Below are positions 27,281 through 39,651 of a DNA stretch of 64,000 nt, in pieces; position 1 is the stretch's first letter, and the number at the start of each line of letters is the position of its first letter. This DNA is from Octopus vulgaris. Taxonomy: Eukaryota. A program made the position numbers and the translations under genes. The notes beneath the pieces were generated by a model that saw only the letters and a program-made list of their open reading frames with translations, was not told the DNA's origin and searched no databases. The stretch is from assembly GCA_951406725.2 (NCBI GenBank), contig OX597835.1:39060001-39124000 (forward strand), read 5' to 3'.

Positions 27281-27326
27281 CTGTTTCAACACACGATTTC
27301 ACATAAAAAATCTTGCACAACAAATT

Positions 27327-27366
<40 letters not shown>

Positions 27367-27769
27367 AAATGTATATCCATAAATGTAACACACACACACA
27401 TTACTTACACACACATATATACATTTATTGACATTAGATATTCGATAGAACTTTGACGGCGAGCTATTAAACATCGCCAAATTTCCCCCCTCATCGACTC
27501 ACCAACAGGCAAAGCATCTCAAGGCTTCAAGAAACGCAGGTGGCAATTCTAATCTCTGTCACAACAAATCAGGAACTTCAGAAATCATCCGCCAGCCTCA
27601 GAATATATGATCGCTCTGACTTTAAGCTCAATATCAAGCGGATTAACATCTACACTTAACTTGTTCCGAACACTAATCTCCTTCGTTTTATTATCGCCGT
27701 TTCTGATTCTCCTCTCAAGCAAGTTGACCATTTTCTTTATCTTGGATGTCTTTATTTCCAATAATATCT

Positions 27770-28196
27770 TTCTTTCTTCCTTGAGGCGTCACGTCTAGAA
27801 TGTAGGACTTCGGCGATCATGTCCAGACACAATTCTCCGTTCTTTGTTTTCCATAACAGTTCCACTTACTGATGTTTAATGCCTCTCTCTTCCAACCAGT
27901 CCTAGAAGCTTGAAATCCATCCTTCTTCTTCTTCCTCTACGTCTTTTCCTTTCACTCTTTCCAGTCATCGCTAAATTCTCCAGGTCCTCTTTCCTCATCA
28001 CATGACCAAGAAATCTCAGCTGTTTGACCCTTATCTCACGAAGCAGTTTCCAATTTACTACAGTCCAGGTCACGCCTTGTTCATTAGACACGGTGTCCGT
28101 GCTATCCTCAATATTCTTCTTAAGAACCACATTTCCAGGCTCTCCAAGGAGATTCTCATTTCTGATGTTATAGACCACACCTCACTTCCATACCTT
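27770..28196 (-). mobile_element. RTE-clade LINE 3' fragment
   Basis: YGSEVWSITSEMRISLESLEMWFLRRILRI; KQLRFLGHVMRKEDLENLAMTGKSERKRRRGRRR = RTE ORF C-terminal motifs. Confidence 0.85.
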
Positions 28197-28605
28197 AGGA
28201 GTGGCTGTGTGGTAAGTAGCTTGCTTACCAACCACATGGTTCTGGGTTCAGTCCCACTGCGTGGCACCTTGGGCAAGTGTCTTCTACTATAGCCTCGGGT
28301 CGACCAAAGCCTTGTGAGTGGATTTGGTAGACGGAAACTGAAAGAAGCCCGTCGTATATATGTATATATATATATATGCGTGTGTGTGTTTGTGTGTCTG
28401 TGTTTGTCCCCCTAGCATTGCTTGACAACCGATGCTGGTGTGTTTACGTCCCTGTCACTTAGCGGTTCGGCAAAAGAGACTGGTAGAATAAGTACTGGGC
28501 TTACAAAAGAATAAGTCCTGGGGTCGAGTTGCTCGATTAAAGGCGGTGCTCCAGCATGGCCGCAGTCAAATGACTGAAACAAGTAAAAGAGTAAAGAGAG
28601 AGAGA
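28197..28605 (+). mobile_element. SINE family A, full length, near consensus
   Basis: ggagtggctgtgtggtaagtagcttgcttaccaaccacatggttctgggttcagtcccactgcgtggc ... gactgaaacaagtaaaagagtaaaga. Confidence 0.93.
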
Positions 28606-28848
28606 GTTGTTCAATATTAGGGTCTTGGTCTTGATCCTCAGAGTACGGCTTCGCAAGTTGTTATACAATTTTCAGAATGGAGAATGCAGAAATGTCCTAC
28701 TGAAATAGATGTGGTATGTAGAATTGGATTTGCCCATTGAGCCAACAGACAAAACAATTGCTGTTCTATATTTAAGAGATGAGGAATTATGTACATTATT
28801 TACATTATTTACATTTGACGGATATTTGTCCTTATCTTGTTTGTTGCT

Positions 28849-28894
28849 AACACAACGTTTCGGCTGATATACCATCCAGCCTTCATCAGGTGTC
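28849..28894 (-). ncRNA. Minimal type I hammerhead ribozyme (canonical core)
   Basis: Minus strand GACAC-CTGATGA-A-GGCTG gatggtatat CAGCC-GAA-ACGT-T-GTGTT: 5-bp stem I, 5-bp stem II, palindromic ACGT. Confidence 0.8.
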
Positions 28895-28952
28895 TTGGGG
28901 AAATTTCGAACCTGAGTTCTCCTTAGGAATGAGAACCCAGGTTCGAAATTTC

Positions 28953-28993
28953 CTGAAGAAGGCTGGAGAGTAAATCAGCCGAAACGTTGTGTT
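28953..28993 (+). ncRNA. Hammerhead motif lacking the 5' strand of stem I
   Basis: CTGAAGA-A-GGCTG...CAGCC-GAA-ACGT-T-GTGTT; upstream ccaagacac deleted relative to the other two copies. Confidence 0.6.
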
Positions 28994-29194
28994 AGCAACA
29001 AACAAGATAAGGACAAATATCCGTCGAATGAAAATAATGTAAATAATGAACTAAAGAAGAAGAAGAAGAAGAAGAAGAAGAAGAAGAAGAAGAAGAAGAA
29101 GAAGAAGAAGAAGAAGAAGAAGAAGAAGAAGAAGAAGAAGAAGAAGATCGAAAAATAGCTTAGAAATGAGAACCCATGTTCGAAATTTCCCCAA

Positions 29195-29240
29195 GACACC
29201 TGAAGAAGGCTGGAGAGTATATCAGCCGAAATGTTGTGTT
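29195..29240 (+). ncRNA. Minimal type I hammerhead ribozyme
   Basis: GACAC-CTGAAGA-A-GGCTG gagagtatat CAGCC-GAA-ATGT-T-GTGTT; ACGT changed to ATGT. Confidence 0.7.
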
Positions 29241-30559
29241 AACAACAAACAAGATGAGGACAAATATCCGTCGAATGTAAATAATGTAAATAATGTACAT
29301 TATTCCTCATCTCTTAAATATAAAACTGAAAAAAAAAAATTGTTGTTTTCTTAAAATGGTATTTTTTCAACTAACCTACCAATTAGAGAAATGTAATTTC
29401 TTTAAAATGAATTATCTAGTCCATGATCCGCTTGTGTGCCTCCTTTATGGTGAAATATCCTAAGGCGAAAATGCTTTCAGCGAAATTTCTTAGAGCCGAG
29501 GAAAATGCCATAAGAATGTATTCTTTACTGGTACAAAAACCATCTCAGGTCAACGCTGAAAAGGGCCGGAATTAAGGAGAAAATGTGGGAAACTGAAACC
29601 TAAATTGATTCAACTTTCTTCACTCAATTATTACCGGAACCGACTGATTTGACGTCAATAGAAGAAGAAAAGTTGGAGGAAAGCGTTAAGGAGTGCAAGA
29701 TGCAACAACAACAATTACAACAACAAAGACAAAAGCGACAAAAACAACAATAACGACAATAAACATAGCAACAAGCATACCGTGCACCAACTGTTTCTTG
29801 CCATCTTTGTTTCCACATGTTTCGTGTGAGGTTTGGCCTTTTCAATCACCAGCGTCATCAATATGGAGGAACCATTCAATGAGGAGGAAACTAAAATTCT
29901 CGGACACGAAAAATAGCCTTCGCCGCCGACGTCTCAACTTCCGCCACCGCTGCCGACATCGCTGATAACAACGGCGACGAAGAAATTTATTCATTGATTC
30001 ATTTATCTTTCAGGTCCGGTACTTATTGAATTAACCATTCTATATGTGTGGAATTGAGAAAGACTACCATTTGTCCGGTTGATAATTTTAATGTTCAGAT
30101 TTTCTATATCTACCACGGTATTTAATTTCTATTTTAAGGCTAGAATAAAATGGTCGCCAGTTATTTCCAACCCTCTCATATACGCCATTTTAAGTGTTTG
30201 TTCATATAACTTCTAAAATAGATGCAAAACCTCAAATTTGGGAGAAGTTTTATAAACGATTGCATCAGCACCACTTCTTTGCTGATAATGTATTTTATAA
30301 ATCTGAGTGGGCTGAACGGTGAAGTTTCTAGAAAATTCAACTTTGAAAGTTAAGGCTCGCAACGGAATACGAATAAATGTTTTGCTCAATTCTTTAAGTG
30401 ATTCTGTCGTCATTTTAATCATTTCTTAAATAGTCACAAGGCCAATAAGATGAATGATCATTTAGTCGATGAAGTACGTGACGAAACCAATTGCTGCACA
30501 TTTTGAACAAGAGTTGTTGAAGGGGATCCGAGAATGACGTTTCTATTTCGATATTTGTT

Positions 30560-31900
30560 GTAAAACATAAAACTTGACCGATACGGAAGAATCAACGATG
30601 GCAAAAGTGATCAAGTACATCTGGTTTATGTAAATATGTCACACATTTATCGAGTATGCCTTGCAACCATAAAACAGTTTGTTGCAAATGACCATTCGGT
30701 GTTTATATGAATCTTATAAATTTTTGTGTCTCCGTGAATCTCAGGCCTTCGAGGACTGTACAGTGCATCACGTACCTGGCTGATGCGGCCATCTATCTCA
30801 TCTTAACCTTGAACCGTGAGAGTAATGGTAGCGCCAAGCTATTTGAATTGATCGACCGCAACGAAGATCTGTCTTAATAGAAGTGACTATCTTAACAGGT
30901 TTGAACTTGTCGTGTCAAAAAAACATACACCAGTGATAGGATCTGTGTTGGGATCATGCAACAATGCCGAATTGGTCCTTCCACACGTAAGTAAACTAAC
31001 CACACTGAAACCCCGAATTCGATCGGGTTAATACTGTAACTCCGATCATTATCCCCTCAAAGGCAGTTCGGATTTCGAATGACATTCTGGAGCACGGCGG
31101 CCCTTTCAGAGGGCAAAATGCCTGCAGGTAATTTTTGTTAACGCGTATTTCCACTGAGGTGTTAAAAAGCTGACTGGACATCCACCAGGTATCACGATGT
31201 CGAAGCCAGTAATAGCGAAATCGCGGTCCACGGTGGCACCTGGGAAATCCTCTGCGATCCAGCGGATGACAGAGTCGAAGACCATTGGAGAGAGAACACA
31301 ACTCTGCTGGATACTTGGACAAATTTCGAAGAAATGAGAATCCACGCTGTTCCATTATTCATTTTACTCGTATAGAGCTGTAATATCCTCCAGTTAGATC
31401 CAAGTTATATTTGTAATTCCTCTACAATGATGATATCCCAGAAGGCGCTGCAATCCTCGGGTTCAAAGTGTGCAGCGAAGGTCAGAAAGCAAATGAAAAT
31501 TCGCTGTCGGTAGATCCAAAGTTGTTTGAGAACAGTTCATCAAATGAAAATTTGATATCTGTTCCTCGGCCCTATCAAATTTACAGTGAATTAATCAGAG
31601 GCAGTGGTCACGCTCTTGCTAAAGTCTCTATAGTGACTGTCGCGCATGCAATATTTAATCATTGCAAGAACGCTTACCAAATCTCTTGATTAAAAGAACA
31701 ACATCCCCAAATCGTAGTGGGAGACATTCCTTCTTGCAGATCCAAAGGATCAGACGGTGCAGCGAGGGAGCCGAGAACTAGGAAGTCTTTTGAAGATCTC
31801 GAAAGATAAGATCATCTCTCGGCGACTTGTTCTTTGATTTGTGGATAGCTTCACGAAACCCCACGATGGTCGGTGCATCTATGAATGGAGAAATTGGAAC
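30560..31900 (-). pseudogene. Degenerate RTE-like LINE reverse transcriptase region
   Basis: FFEICPSIQQSCVLSPMVFDSVIRWI (G.RQGC.LSP.LF motif) and DEIDGRISQVRDAL...TKIYK; boundaries approximate. Confidence 0.65.
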
Positions 31901-32009
31901 CAATGAGCGGGTGGTTGGCAAAAAGACCTAAACCTTAACCATCATCATAACCATCATCGTCGTTATCGTCGAATCAACAGGAGGCACCATTTGGCAGTTA
32001 TTATGCATA

Positions 32010-32450
32010 CTCTCTTTTACTCTCTTTTACTCTTTTACTTGTTTCAGTGACTTGACTGCGGCCATGCTGGAGCACCGCCTTTAGTCGAGCAAATCGACCC
32101 GAGGACTTATTCTTTGTAAGCCTGGTCTCTATCGGTCTCTTTTGCCGAACCGCTAAGTTACGGGGACGTAAACACACCAGCATCGGTTGTCAAGCGATGT
32201 TGGGGGGGACAAGCACAGACACACAAACACATACATACACACACACACACACATACACACACACACACATATATATATATATACATATATACGGCGGGCT
32301 TCTTTCAGTTTCCGTTTACCAAATCCACTCACCAGGCTTTGGTCGGCCCGCGGCTATAGTAGAAGACACTTGCCCAAGGTGCCACGCAGTGGGACTGAAC
32401 CCGGAACCATGTGGTTGGTAAGCAAGCTACTTACCACACAGCCACTCCTA
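32010..32450 (-). mobile_element. SINE family A, full length
   Basis: (ctcttttact)n tail through cttaccacacagccactcc. Confidence 0.92.
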
Positions 32451-33010
32451 CACCTACACCTGCTAGATATAACAACCAAATATTCCGCATTTATTGAATG
32501 TTGCAAAAATACGACTAACTCATTGAATAATTTAGTCCTAAAGAGATTTTGACAGAATAAACTATAAGGTGGTCACGCTCGAAAGGGTTCCACTTACTGG
32601 TTCCTTAGATCAACATATCAACAAAAACCACAACAAAACACATAAACACACGCAGAGTTAAATAAACACACACAAACACGCCGTAACGCACGCACGCACG
32701 CACAAACAGACAAAATGATGAAAACACGTTAAGACATACACTTGCGCGCACATACATACATGCACACACATACACACATACACATATACATACACACACA
32801 CAGTTCTGTCTTCAAGAATTTATAGTTGTCATTCCAAGTTGACACTAATTGATTTTTTGGTAAATTTCTTGTAATGTTTGTTGGTCTTTTAGAAAGAAGT
32901 GGGGTGGGGTAGAAGAAAGAGGACGGGTGGAGCGGGAAAGAAAAAGATTAAAATCTATGAGCAAGTAGACTTCATATATATTTATATATACATTCCATAC
33001 ACATACATAC

Positions 33011-33054
<44 letters not shown>

Positions 33055-33071
33055 ATATATGTATATATATA

Positions 33072-33091
33072 TATTACACACATATACGTAC

Positions 33092-33123
<32 letters not shown>

Positions 33124-33204
33124 ATGTATATATACACATATATATATATACATCACACACAGAGACAATTATAAATTATATTCTCGAGTTTCCGTTTATG
33201 ATGG

Positions 33205-33240
<36 letters not shown>

Positions 33241-33259
33241 CATTACTACACATACATAC

Positions 33260-33327
<68 letters not shown>

Positions 33328-33516
33328 ATATATGTATATATATATATATATATATAGAATATATATATTTATATGAATATATTATATATATATATATATA
33401 TATTACACACATATACGTACATATATATGTGTGTGTGTACGTATCTATACACATATATATACATCACACACAGAGACAATTATAAATTATATTCTCAAGT
33501 TTCCGTTTATGATGGT
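33072..33516. repeat. Local direct duplication (~120-135 bp unit x2) separated by (AT)n
   Basis: catcacacacagagacaattataaattatattctc(g/a)agtttccgtttatgatggta at ~33151-33206 and ~33462-33517. Confidence 0.85.
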
Positions 33517-34090
33517 AATAGTTTAATTATTGTTATTGTTGATGTTGTTGTTATTGCTCCTCTCTCCTCCTCCTTCTCCCCCTCCTCCTCTTTCTCCTCT
33601 TCTCCCCATCTTTCTATCTATCTAGCTATCTGTTTGCCTGAGTGTCTGTTTGTCTGACTGTCTTCGTCCCATCGTCAGGATGACTGCTTCGCTGGTCGTA
33701 TTCTCTGAATGTACGCTAAACTTCATTGATATATGAATACTCACACACGCACACATACATACATATACAACCACAAATACACACATGCGCGCAAACACAC
33801 GCGCAGACACACGTATGCACGCATATGCATATACATTTACACACACATACATTTTATGTGTGTATGTATGTGTGTGTATGTGCGTGTATGTAAATGCGTG
33901 TGTGTGTATGTGCGTGTGAATATACGTACATAACGTATATAAATTTTTTATCTCTTACTTATTTCACTCATTAGACTGCGGCCATGCTGGGGCACCGCCT
34001 TGAATAGTCTTATGAATCGACCGCTAAGTTACGGGGACACTAATACACCAACACTGGTTATCAAGTGGTGGAGGTGGGGAACAAATACAG

Positions 34091-34139
<49 letters not shown>

Positions 34140-34140
34140 C

Positions 34141-34179
<39 letters not shown>

Positions 34180-34183
<4 letters not shown>

Positions 34184-34770
34184 TAACTTTACTGTCCTTC
34201 TCTCTCTCATTCTTCATTCTTTCTGGTTTTTCTACCACCCTTCCCTTTTTTCTCTCCCTTTCAGCGTTCTCTTTCTCTTACTCCTCCTCCTCCTCCTCCT
34301 CCTCCTCCCTCTCGTCGCTGACACGTGACCATAGGACCACTGCCTTTCTGACTACTACCTGCAACAAGTGTAGACGGCCTTTCTGTCCCTCTCTCAAGCC
34401 GTTCTCAAAGCGTTCAAAATAATTTTTCTTTTCGTTCTGGCTTAACAGCTCTTACTGTTTGTGTTACTGTTATTCTCCTTGTCCTGTTTTTTACTGTTTT
34501 TGTTTGTATTGTACCCCTCCGCAAAAAATCACAAATTTTATTTAATTTGCTTTGCGGGAAGGACTGTTTCAACTAAGTTGTGTCTCACCTTTACCTTCGA
34601 AACACGGAGTAGACGAAGCAGAGGCGGCAGAAGAAGGATAATTGTCCTTGCGTTGTATGTCTTGCACTCTGGTTTTTCGTTGTTTAAAAAAAATTGTCCT
34701 TTTCCATGGTTTTGTTTTTATGTTTTCATTTCTAAATGTATTCGACACCTTTTTGGTGTCCTCTACCCAT
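34180..34770 (+). mobile_element. Penelope-terminus-like repeat module, second copy
   Basis: Homologous to the reverse complement of 3130-3600 (cacgtgacca; aaattttatttaatttgctttgcgggaaggactgttt; cgaaacacggagtaga). Confidence 0.6.
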
Positions 34771-34868
34771 ATATGCATGTATATATACATATAGATGTAG
34801 GTACGTACATATATGTATGTATATATGCATATGTTTTATTTATTATTTTGTTATTATATATATATATA

Positions 34869-36312
34869 TTGGGTCATCCCATAAATAATGCGACTTTTTC
34901 AATTGCATGAAATAAAAGTCGGAGGCAGACGGGATAAATTTACCTGCATCAACTTGCTATAAAAGCAGGTAGTAATTTTCCCTTCTTATTCTTAGTTCAA
35001 GTTTTGAAGAATGCGGTTCGATTTGGGGTCATCCCATAAATAATGCGGCTTTTTTATACTTCTTATATTTTTCAAAAGTATGTTCTTTTTTAATCTAAAA
35101 TATATTCTCCTTCATTTTCTACAAAGCTCTTCCATCTATCTTGTAGACTTGCAAGGCCCCTCTTCCAAAATTCACTTGTTTGTGACGAAAAGTGCTCATC
35201 CAGTACTGACCTCTTCTACGGAATTCATATTTTTTCCGTGCAAATGATTTTGAAGACTGCGGAATAAATGATAATCAGATGGGGCAATGTCTGGGAAATA
35301 TGGTGGGTGAGGCATCGTTTCCCATTCGAACTTCTCCAGCCTATGGAATGTCATCTTCGCTGTATGTGGCTGAGTATTATCCTGATGGAAGAATACCTTT
35401 TGTCTTGAAATCAAAGATGGCTGTTTTTCTTCTAGCGCTGACTTAAGCCGCTGAAGCTGCTCTCAGTAGATCTCCTTTGTTATCATTTGGTTTGGGTTTA
35501 AAAGTTCAAAGTGGACTAAACCTTTCATATCCCACCAAACAGATAACAACACCTTACATGGCTGAAAACCTCCTTTACCCTGGGGTGCCAGTGTTTCTCC
35601 TTTCTCTACCCACTGTCTTTGGCGCTTGACATTTTTATAGAGAACCCATTTCTCATCACTAGTCATTATTCGGTCCAAAAACGGTTCATTCGTGAGACGA
35701 GACTGCAAAGAAGAGAACACATTCACTCTCTGCGTGCGATCAGAGCTGAAACGTTTGTGAGGAACCCATTGACTAAATTTGCTGGCTTTTCCGATGGCAT
35801 GCAGATGTCGATGAATGGTTGAACGACCAAATCCAGGCTTCTCTGCTGGTTACTCAACAGTTACGACGGGATCCTCTTCCACCAGGATTTGTAGGACGGC
35901 CTCGTCGAGCTCTACAGATCTTCCAGAATGAGCTCTACAGATCTTCCAGGACGTCTTTTAGGCTGTAGTTTCCGGTTTTGAATTTCTGGAATCACCGTTG
36001 ACACTGGCTTATGTTTATTGTCCGGTCATTATATACTGTAATGATATTCCTCACACTTTCCGTTGCGTTGTTGCTTTTATTGAACTCATAAAGCAAAATA
36101 TGCCAAATATGCTCCTTTGTCACTTCCATTATAGCTTTGAAACAATAACAGTTAAAATTGAACTGCACTCTTCAAAACTTACACTAAGAATAAGGACAAG
36201 GTAAAATTTCTACCTGCTTTTATAGCAAGTTGATACAGGTAGTTTATCCCATCCCCCTCCAACTTTTAGTTCATGCTATTGAAAAAACCGCATTATTTAT
36301 GGGATGACCCAA
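34869..36312 (-). mobile_element. mariner DNA transposon with an extra inverted copy of its 5' end
   Basis: TIR ttgggtcatcccataaataatgcg at 34869, ~35024 and (inverted) 36288-36312; 34869-35022 mirrors ~36155-36312. Confidence 0.9.
35090..36129 (-). pseudogene. mariner DD34D transposase pseudogene, near full length
   Basis: MEVTKEHIWHILLYEF...QWVPH...RIMTSDEKW...HQDNTQPH...HPPYFPDIAPSDYHLF...GEYILD*; stops, frameshifts and a 20-bp duplication at 35907-35949. Confidence 0.92.
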
Positions 36313-36338
36313 GATAAGATAGACAGATAGATAGATGT

Positions 36339-37038
36339 GTTTATAAAACATCATTTTTATTTGGCTTTATTGAGAAAATTCTATATGTTATAACATATTC
36401 CCGCTTTAAAATCGAGCATTTTGGCAATTTTAACCAATCGCTCACCTCCTTTTGGGGTGAAAAGATTCCGTGCTGTATGAATATGCCCCTCGTTTAAGAA
36501 ACAGATTGGGTTTATTTACATTTGCGAAGACAAAAAGATACCCTTCCCCCACCCCTAACCCTAATCCTAAAATAGATTGAAATGCAATATGATAGGGCCA
36601 TAATTATGGGTGACATTTTCATTTGACACCGCTAGAAAAAAATCCCATTTTCCGTAGCGGTGTCGTATGTAATTGTCACCCATAATTATGGCCCTGGTAT
36701 CGATCTATTGCATTTCAATCTATTTTAGGATTAGGGTTTGGGTTAGGGTTAGGGGTGGGGGAAGGGTATCTTTTTTTCTTCGCAAATGTAAATAAACCCA
36801 ATCTTTTTCTTAAACGAGGGGCATATTCATACAGCACGGTATGTTTTGACTCCAAATGGTTAAAATTGCCGAAATGCTCGATTTTATAGTGGAAATATGT
36901 TACAAACTATTGAATTTTCTCAATAAAACCAAGAAAAAATGATGTTTTATAAACAAATTCTACCAGTATACGAAATTTAAAAGAGTTTAGTTAACTAGAA
37001 ATTGTGTTGACATCTGCCGTTCAAAAGGAAAAGATCCC
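36339..37038. repeat. ~616-bp palindrome (two head-to-head copies of one element) with TTAGGG-like repeats in each arm
   Basis: 36339-36634 is the reverse complement of 36655-36954; CCCTAA units at 36553-36570, TTAGGG units at 36725-36754; right copy appears to extend to ~37038. Confidence 0.9.
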
Positions 37039-37044
37039 AGAAAT

Positions 37045-37725
37045 GTCAATATAAAGTGTAAAGGGGAGGACAGGTGAGGTTTACCCGTGGAAAGAAAAGC
37101 CTACGGAAAAGACCACGGTAACCTCGGTCAATGAAGTCACATGTTATGTGTATATATATTTTACAAATAAGCAACTCTCTGTATTAATTTTTACGGTTCA
37201 TAGGATTATGCTCAAGGTGGCTTCGTCATTCATACGTGCCATCCTTGCTACATTCACCCATCTTTTTTAAAAACATTCACTAGACAAACCTTGCCTTGAA
37301 GAAGTTGATGAGAGATTGACCAGAGAGGAAAGTGTTTGTCTCTAATCCTTTCAGACGCGTCCACCAGATATATTCTTTCGCCATAGCCACAAGGATTATG
37401 AAAATAGCTCTTCCTTCCCGTTTGAAGGAAGGAGGCGTGACGATATTGACGATAGACTCGGCTGATAAACCGACTCGTCCCACACGTGACAGCAGTCGTT
37501 CGACATAAGTCCACAGGTCGGAGATCGTTGGACACTGCACGATTGCGTGCAGGACGGTTTCGTCGCTCTGACCGTATCTCGGGCAGGTCGGCCCCGTATT
37601 TCTCGAGCCATGCTTATTGAGCTTATCCCGAACGGGTAGCGCTTCTCGGTAGCACTGCCAGGCCAGGGATCTCTGGAAGTTGTCCATGGGCCCTGGTCCG
37701 AAAGTCGTCTCAAAAAGGCGGGTCA
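37045..37725 (-). mobile_element. Tx1/L1-like LINE 3' end (zf-RVT-like zinc-binding region + 3' UTR)
   Basis: ORF 37280-37687: LAWQCYREALPVRDKL...TCPRYGQSDETVLHAIVQCP..SDLW (C-x2-[C]...E...H....C) and KEYIWWTR. Confidence 0.85.
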
Positions 37726-37783
37726 GGTGGTGGTGGTGGTGGCGGCGGTGGTGTCGGTGGTGATGTTTGTGGCAGAGTTGTCC

Positions 37784-37818
<35 letters not shown>

Positions 37819-38227
37819 TGAACGTGAAGCTGTCGTCTGGGTTCTTCCAATTTTTTCGTGGTGTCGGTGGCGGCGGCGGTGTTAGCGTCCTCCATGCTCA
37901 CACCTGCACCTGTGTTGCTTCTCCCCCTCCTTCCCTCCTTCATGAAGCTGTGGGGAAGGCAGGGTAGGGAAATCAACGTCGTAAAAGCGTTGTCAAGGAG
38001 ACCGGCGTTCTTTTCGACGACGACTTCATGGCTTTGAAGACCAAATGCTCAAAACAGAAAATGGCCAAGAAAGCCGCAAACCATTTCTTACAAAATCGGG
38101 AAACACGCCACACAGGGCAGGTTTCCCGTGCAAAGAATTTGCACGACCGAATGTATTAGTTGTTGCACAACTTTTACATACATACGTACATACATGCATA
38201 CATACATACATACATACATACATACAT

Positions 38228-38260
<33 letters not shown>

Positions 38261-38261
38261 T

Positions 38262-38329
<68 letters not shown>

Positions 38330-38354
38330 ATTATAGATAGATTGATAGATAGAG

Positions 38355-38421
<67 letters not shown>
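38228..38421. repeat. (GACA)n(GATA)n microsatellite
   Basis: Direct reading; similar array at 40490-40875. Confidence 0.95.
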
Positions 38422-38422
<1 letters not shown>

Positions 38423-39059
38423 TCACACACATGTTTTATATATATATGTGTGTGTATGAACATATATAACATACTTTTATAGATTGGTTTATACATAAAC
38501 ATGACGAATTGTGGTTGATAGTTAATGGGATACGAATCATTGAGGCCTGGGGATCTTAGCGACTTTATGCCGTATCGAGTTGGTTCTCAAATTAAATGCA
38601 TGGACCCATCCATCCATCCAACCATCCAACCATCCAATCAGCCAGCCAGCCAGCCAGACACCAAGGCAACTACGATATATTCATACATAAATACATACAT
38701 AAATACATAGATATACATTTGCATATATACATATACACGCATATACGTAATATATATTATATATATATATATATAAGTGTGTGTGCATGTGTGTGTGAGT
38801 GTGTGTGTGTGTGTGGATATGTTTATGCGCGTTTGTGTTTGTGTGTGTGCGTAAATGTATGCACATATGTGTATATAAATAACTTTTCCAAGCTGGTTTC
38901 TTGTAAGTCTCAGCCAATTTCCAACATCAAAAAGTGAACATTCCTCTCTCCCCCGCATCTCTCTCTCTCTCTCTCTCACACACTCACACACATACACCAT
39001 TCCAAACGGACGACCTGCTTGGCAGAACATCTAAATTAACCTTGATATGTATGTGCGTG

Positions 39060-39090
<31 letters not shown>

Positions 39091-39244
39091 ACGCATCTCT
39101 GTTAGTGTGTGTATATGGATATGTATGTATATATGAGTATTTATATGTGCATATGCATATACATACATATATATATATATGTGTGCGTGTGTATATATGT
39201 ATGTATAGAAATATGTGTTTGTATATATGTATGTATGTATATTA

Positions 39245-39275
<31 letters not shown>

Positions 39276-39454
39276 TTCATATACATATATGTATATATAT
39301 ACATGTATGTATGTATAATGTATGTATGTATATATATGTGTATATGTATATATTTACATATATATATATATATATATATAAATACATATGTAAGGGTGCT
39401 CCAGCATGGCCACATCCTTGGGGTTGAAATATGTGAGCATGCATATGTGTATAA

Positions 39455-39491
<37 letters not shown>

Positions 39492-39591
39492 GCAGACAGA
39501 CAGACAGACATACACATACACACACACATTTACATTCAAGAATACATATAACAGTCTTGCTAGTGAATGTTCTTGAAACCGAGTGTATGCA

Positions 39592-39651
<60 letters not shown>

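Larger units (their letters stand above)
28761..29328. mobile_element. Three copies (-,+,+) of a ~165-bp Penelope-terminus-like module, each with a hammerhead; (GAA)n between copies 2 and 3
   Basis: 28761-28920 is the reverse complement of 29165-29328; 28927-29050 is a truncated direct copy; inversion centre at ccttagg ~28921. Confidence 0.85.

Noticed and set aside
28555-28590. SINE A tail AGTC aaat GACT-GAAAC-AA-GTA as a hammerhead half
   Set aside because: No CUGANGA upstream and no stem I; better explained as a LINE-derived 3' stem-loop
35196-35726. SETMAR-like host gene
   Set aside because: No SET domain; TIRs flank a stop- and frameshift-ridden transposase
36553-36754. Ancient telomere-telomere fusion site
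   Set aside because: Order is CCCTAA then TTAGGG (opposite to a fusion), only a few units, and fully explained by the palindrome
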